Assembly (NCBI GenBank): GCA_964016885.1
Contig: OZ024743.1
Span: 134,292,001 to 134,356,000, forward strand
Direction of reading: 5' to 3'
Origin: Eledone cirrhosa
Taxonomy: Eukaryota
Length of the DNA: 64,000 bases
Below, piece after piece: positions 63,801 to 64,000 of this stretch (position 1 is its first letter; every line of letters starts with the position of its first letter). Position numbers and translations under genes: made by a program. The notes below the pieces were generated by a model. That model searched no databases, was not told the origin of the DNA, and saw only the letters and a list, made by a program, of their open reading frames with translations.

Positions 63801-64000
63801 AATGCCAAACTCCAAACGCCAAACAGCAAACGCCAGACACCAAACACCAAACACCAAGCGCCAAGCACCAAACACCAAACACCAAGCACCAAGCACCAAA
63901 CACCAAACACCAAGCACCAATCACCAAACACCAAGCACCAAGCAACAAACACCAAACACCAAGCACCAAGTACCAAACACCAAACACCAAGCACCAAACA

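Larger units (their letters stand above)
34984..64000 (-). repeat. Heptamer satellite array, right arm, inverted: CACCAA(A/G) on + strand, about 4,100 monomers, open at the window end
   Basis: Continuous CACCAAA/CACCAAG units, the reverse complement of the left-arm monomers, with variants CAGCAAA, CGCCAAA, TACCAAG, CACCAAT, CCCCAAG. T is nearly absent from the + strand. Confidence 0.99.

Noticed and set aside
1-64000. Hundreds of long ORFs (up to 1094 aa) encoding (LVLGAWC/LVFGVWC)n or (STKHQAP/NTKHQTP)n
   Set aside because: The monomer has no stop codon on either strand and 7 is coprime with 3, so all frames are open and encode the same heptapeptide. ORFs overlap in all frames, end at random variant monomers and contain no non-repetitive domain.
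1-64000. CRISPR array or other repeat-spacer system
   Set aside because: There are no unique spacers; all intervening sequence is itself heptamer-derived, and there are no cas-like genes.
1-64000. Canonical telomere tract (TTAGGG, TTTAGGG, TTAGG)
   Set aside because: The consensus lacks AGGG; TTAGG appears only as an isolated rare variant (e.g. TTAGGTG, TTAGGTA).
1-64000. Array of Chi recombination sites (E. coli GCTGGTGG)
   Set aside because: GCTTGGTG only resembles Chi; I did not see the exact octamer and there is no bacterial context.

Overview
The whole 64-kb window is one family of heptamer satellite DNA with no unique sequence and no recognisable gene, RNA gene, transposon or CRISPR array. 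Bases 1-34983 are tandem (C/T)TTGGTG, almost devoid of A on the + strand. Bases 34984-64000 are the same monomer in the opposite orientation, CACCAA(A/G), almost devoid of T. The switch is a single, clean, spacer-free junction (...TTTCGTG TTTG|CACCCAA CACCAAA...) with the G/T-rich strands converging on it. Rare variant monomers act as landmarks and show nested higher-order repeats (HORs) in both arms, with copy offsets from about 0.3 to 19 kb. The arms carry different HOR lineages, so the junction is not a simple mirror-image foldback. All ORFs in the track are by-products of a stop-free 7-mer. The organism cannot be identified; an array this long is typical of eukaryotic heterochromatin. I found no protein-coding system. 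The main points of interest are the junction, the HOR architecture, a layered turnover of variants and a possible CpG-deamination signature. Offsets were counted by hand from landmarks and ORF-track coordinates; block boundaries are approximate.
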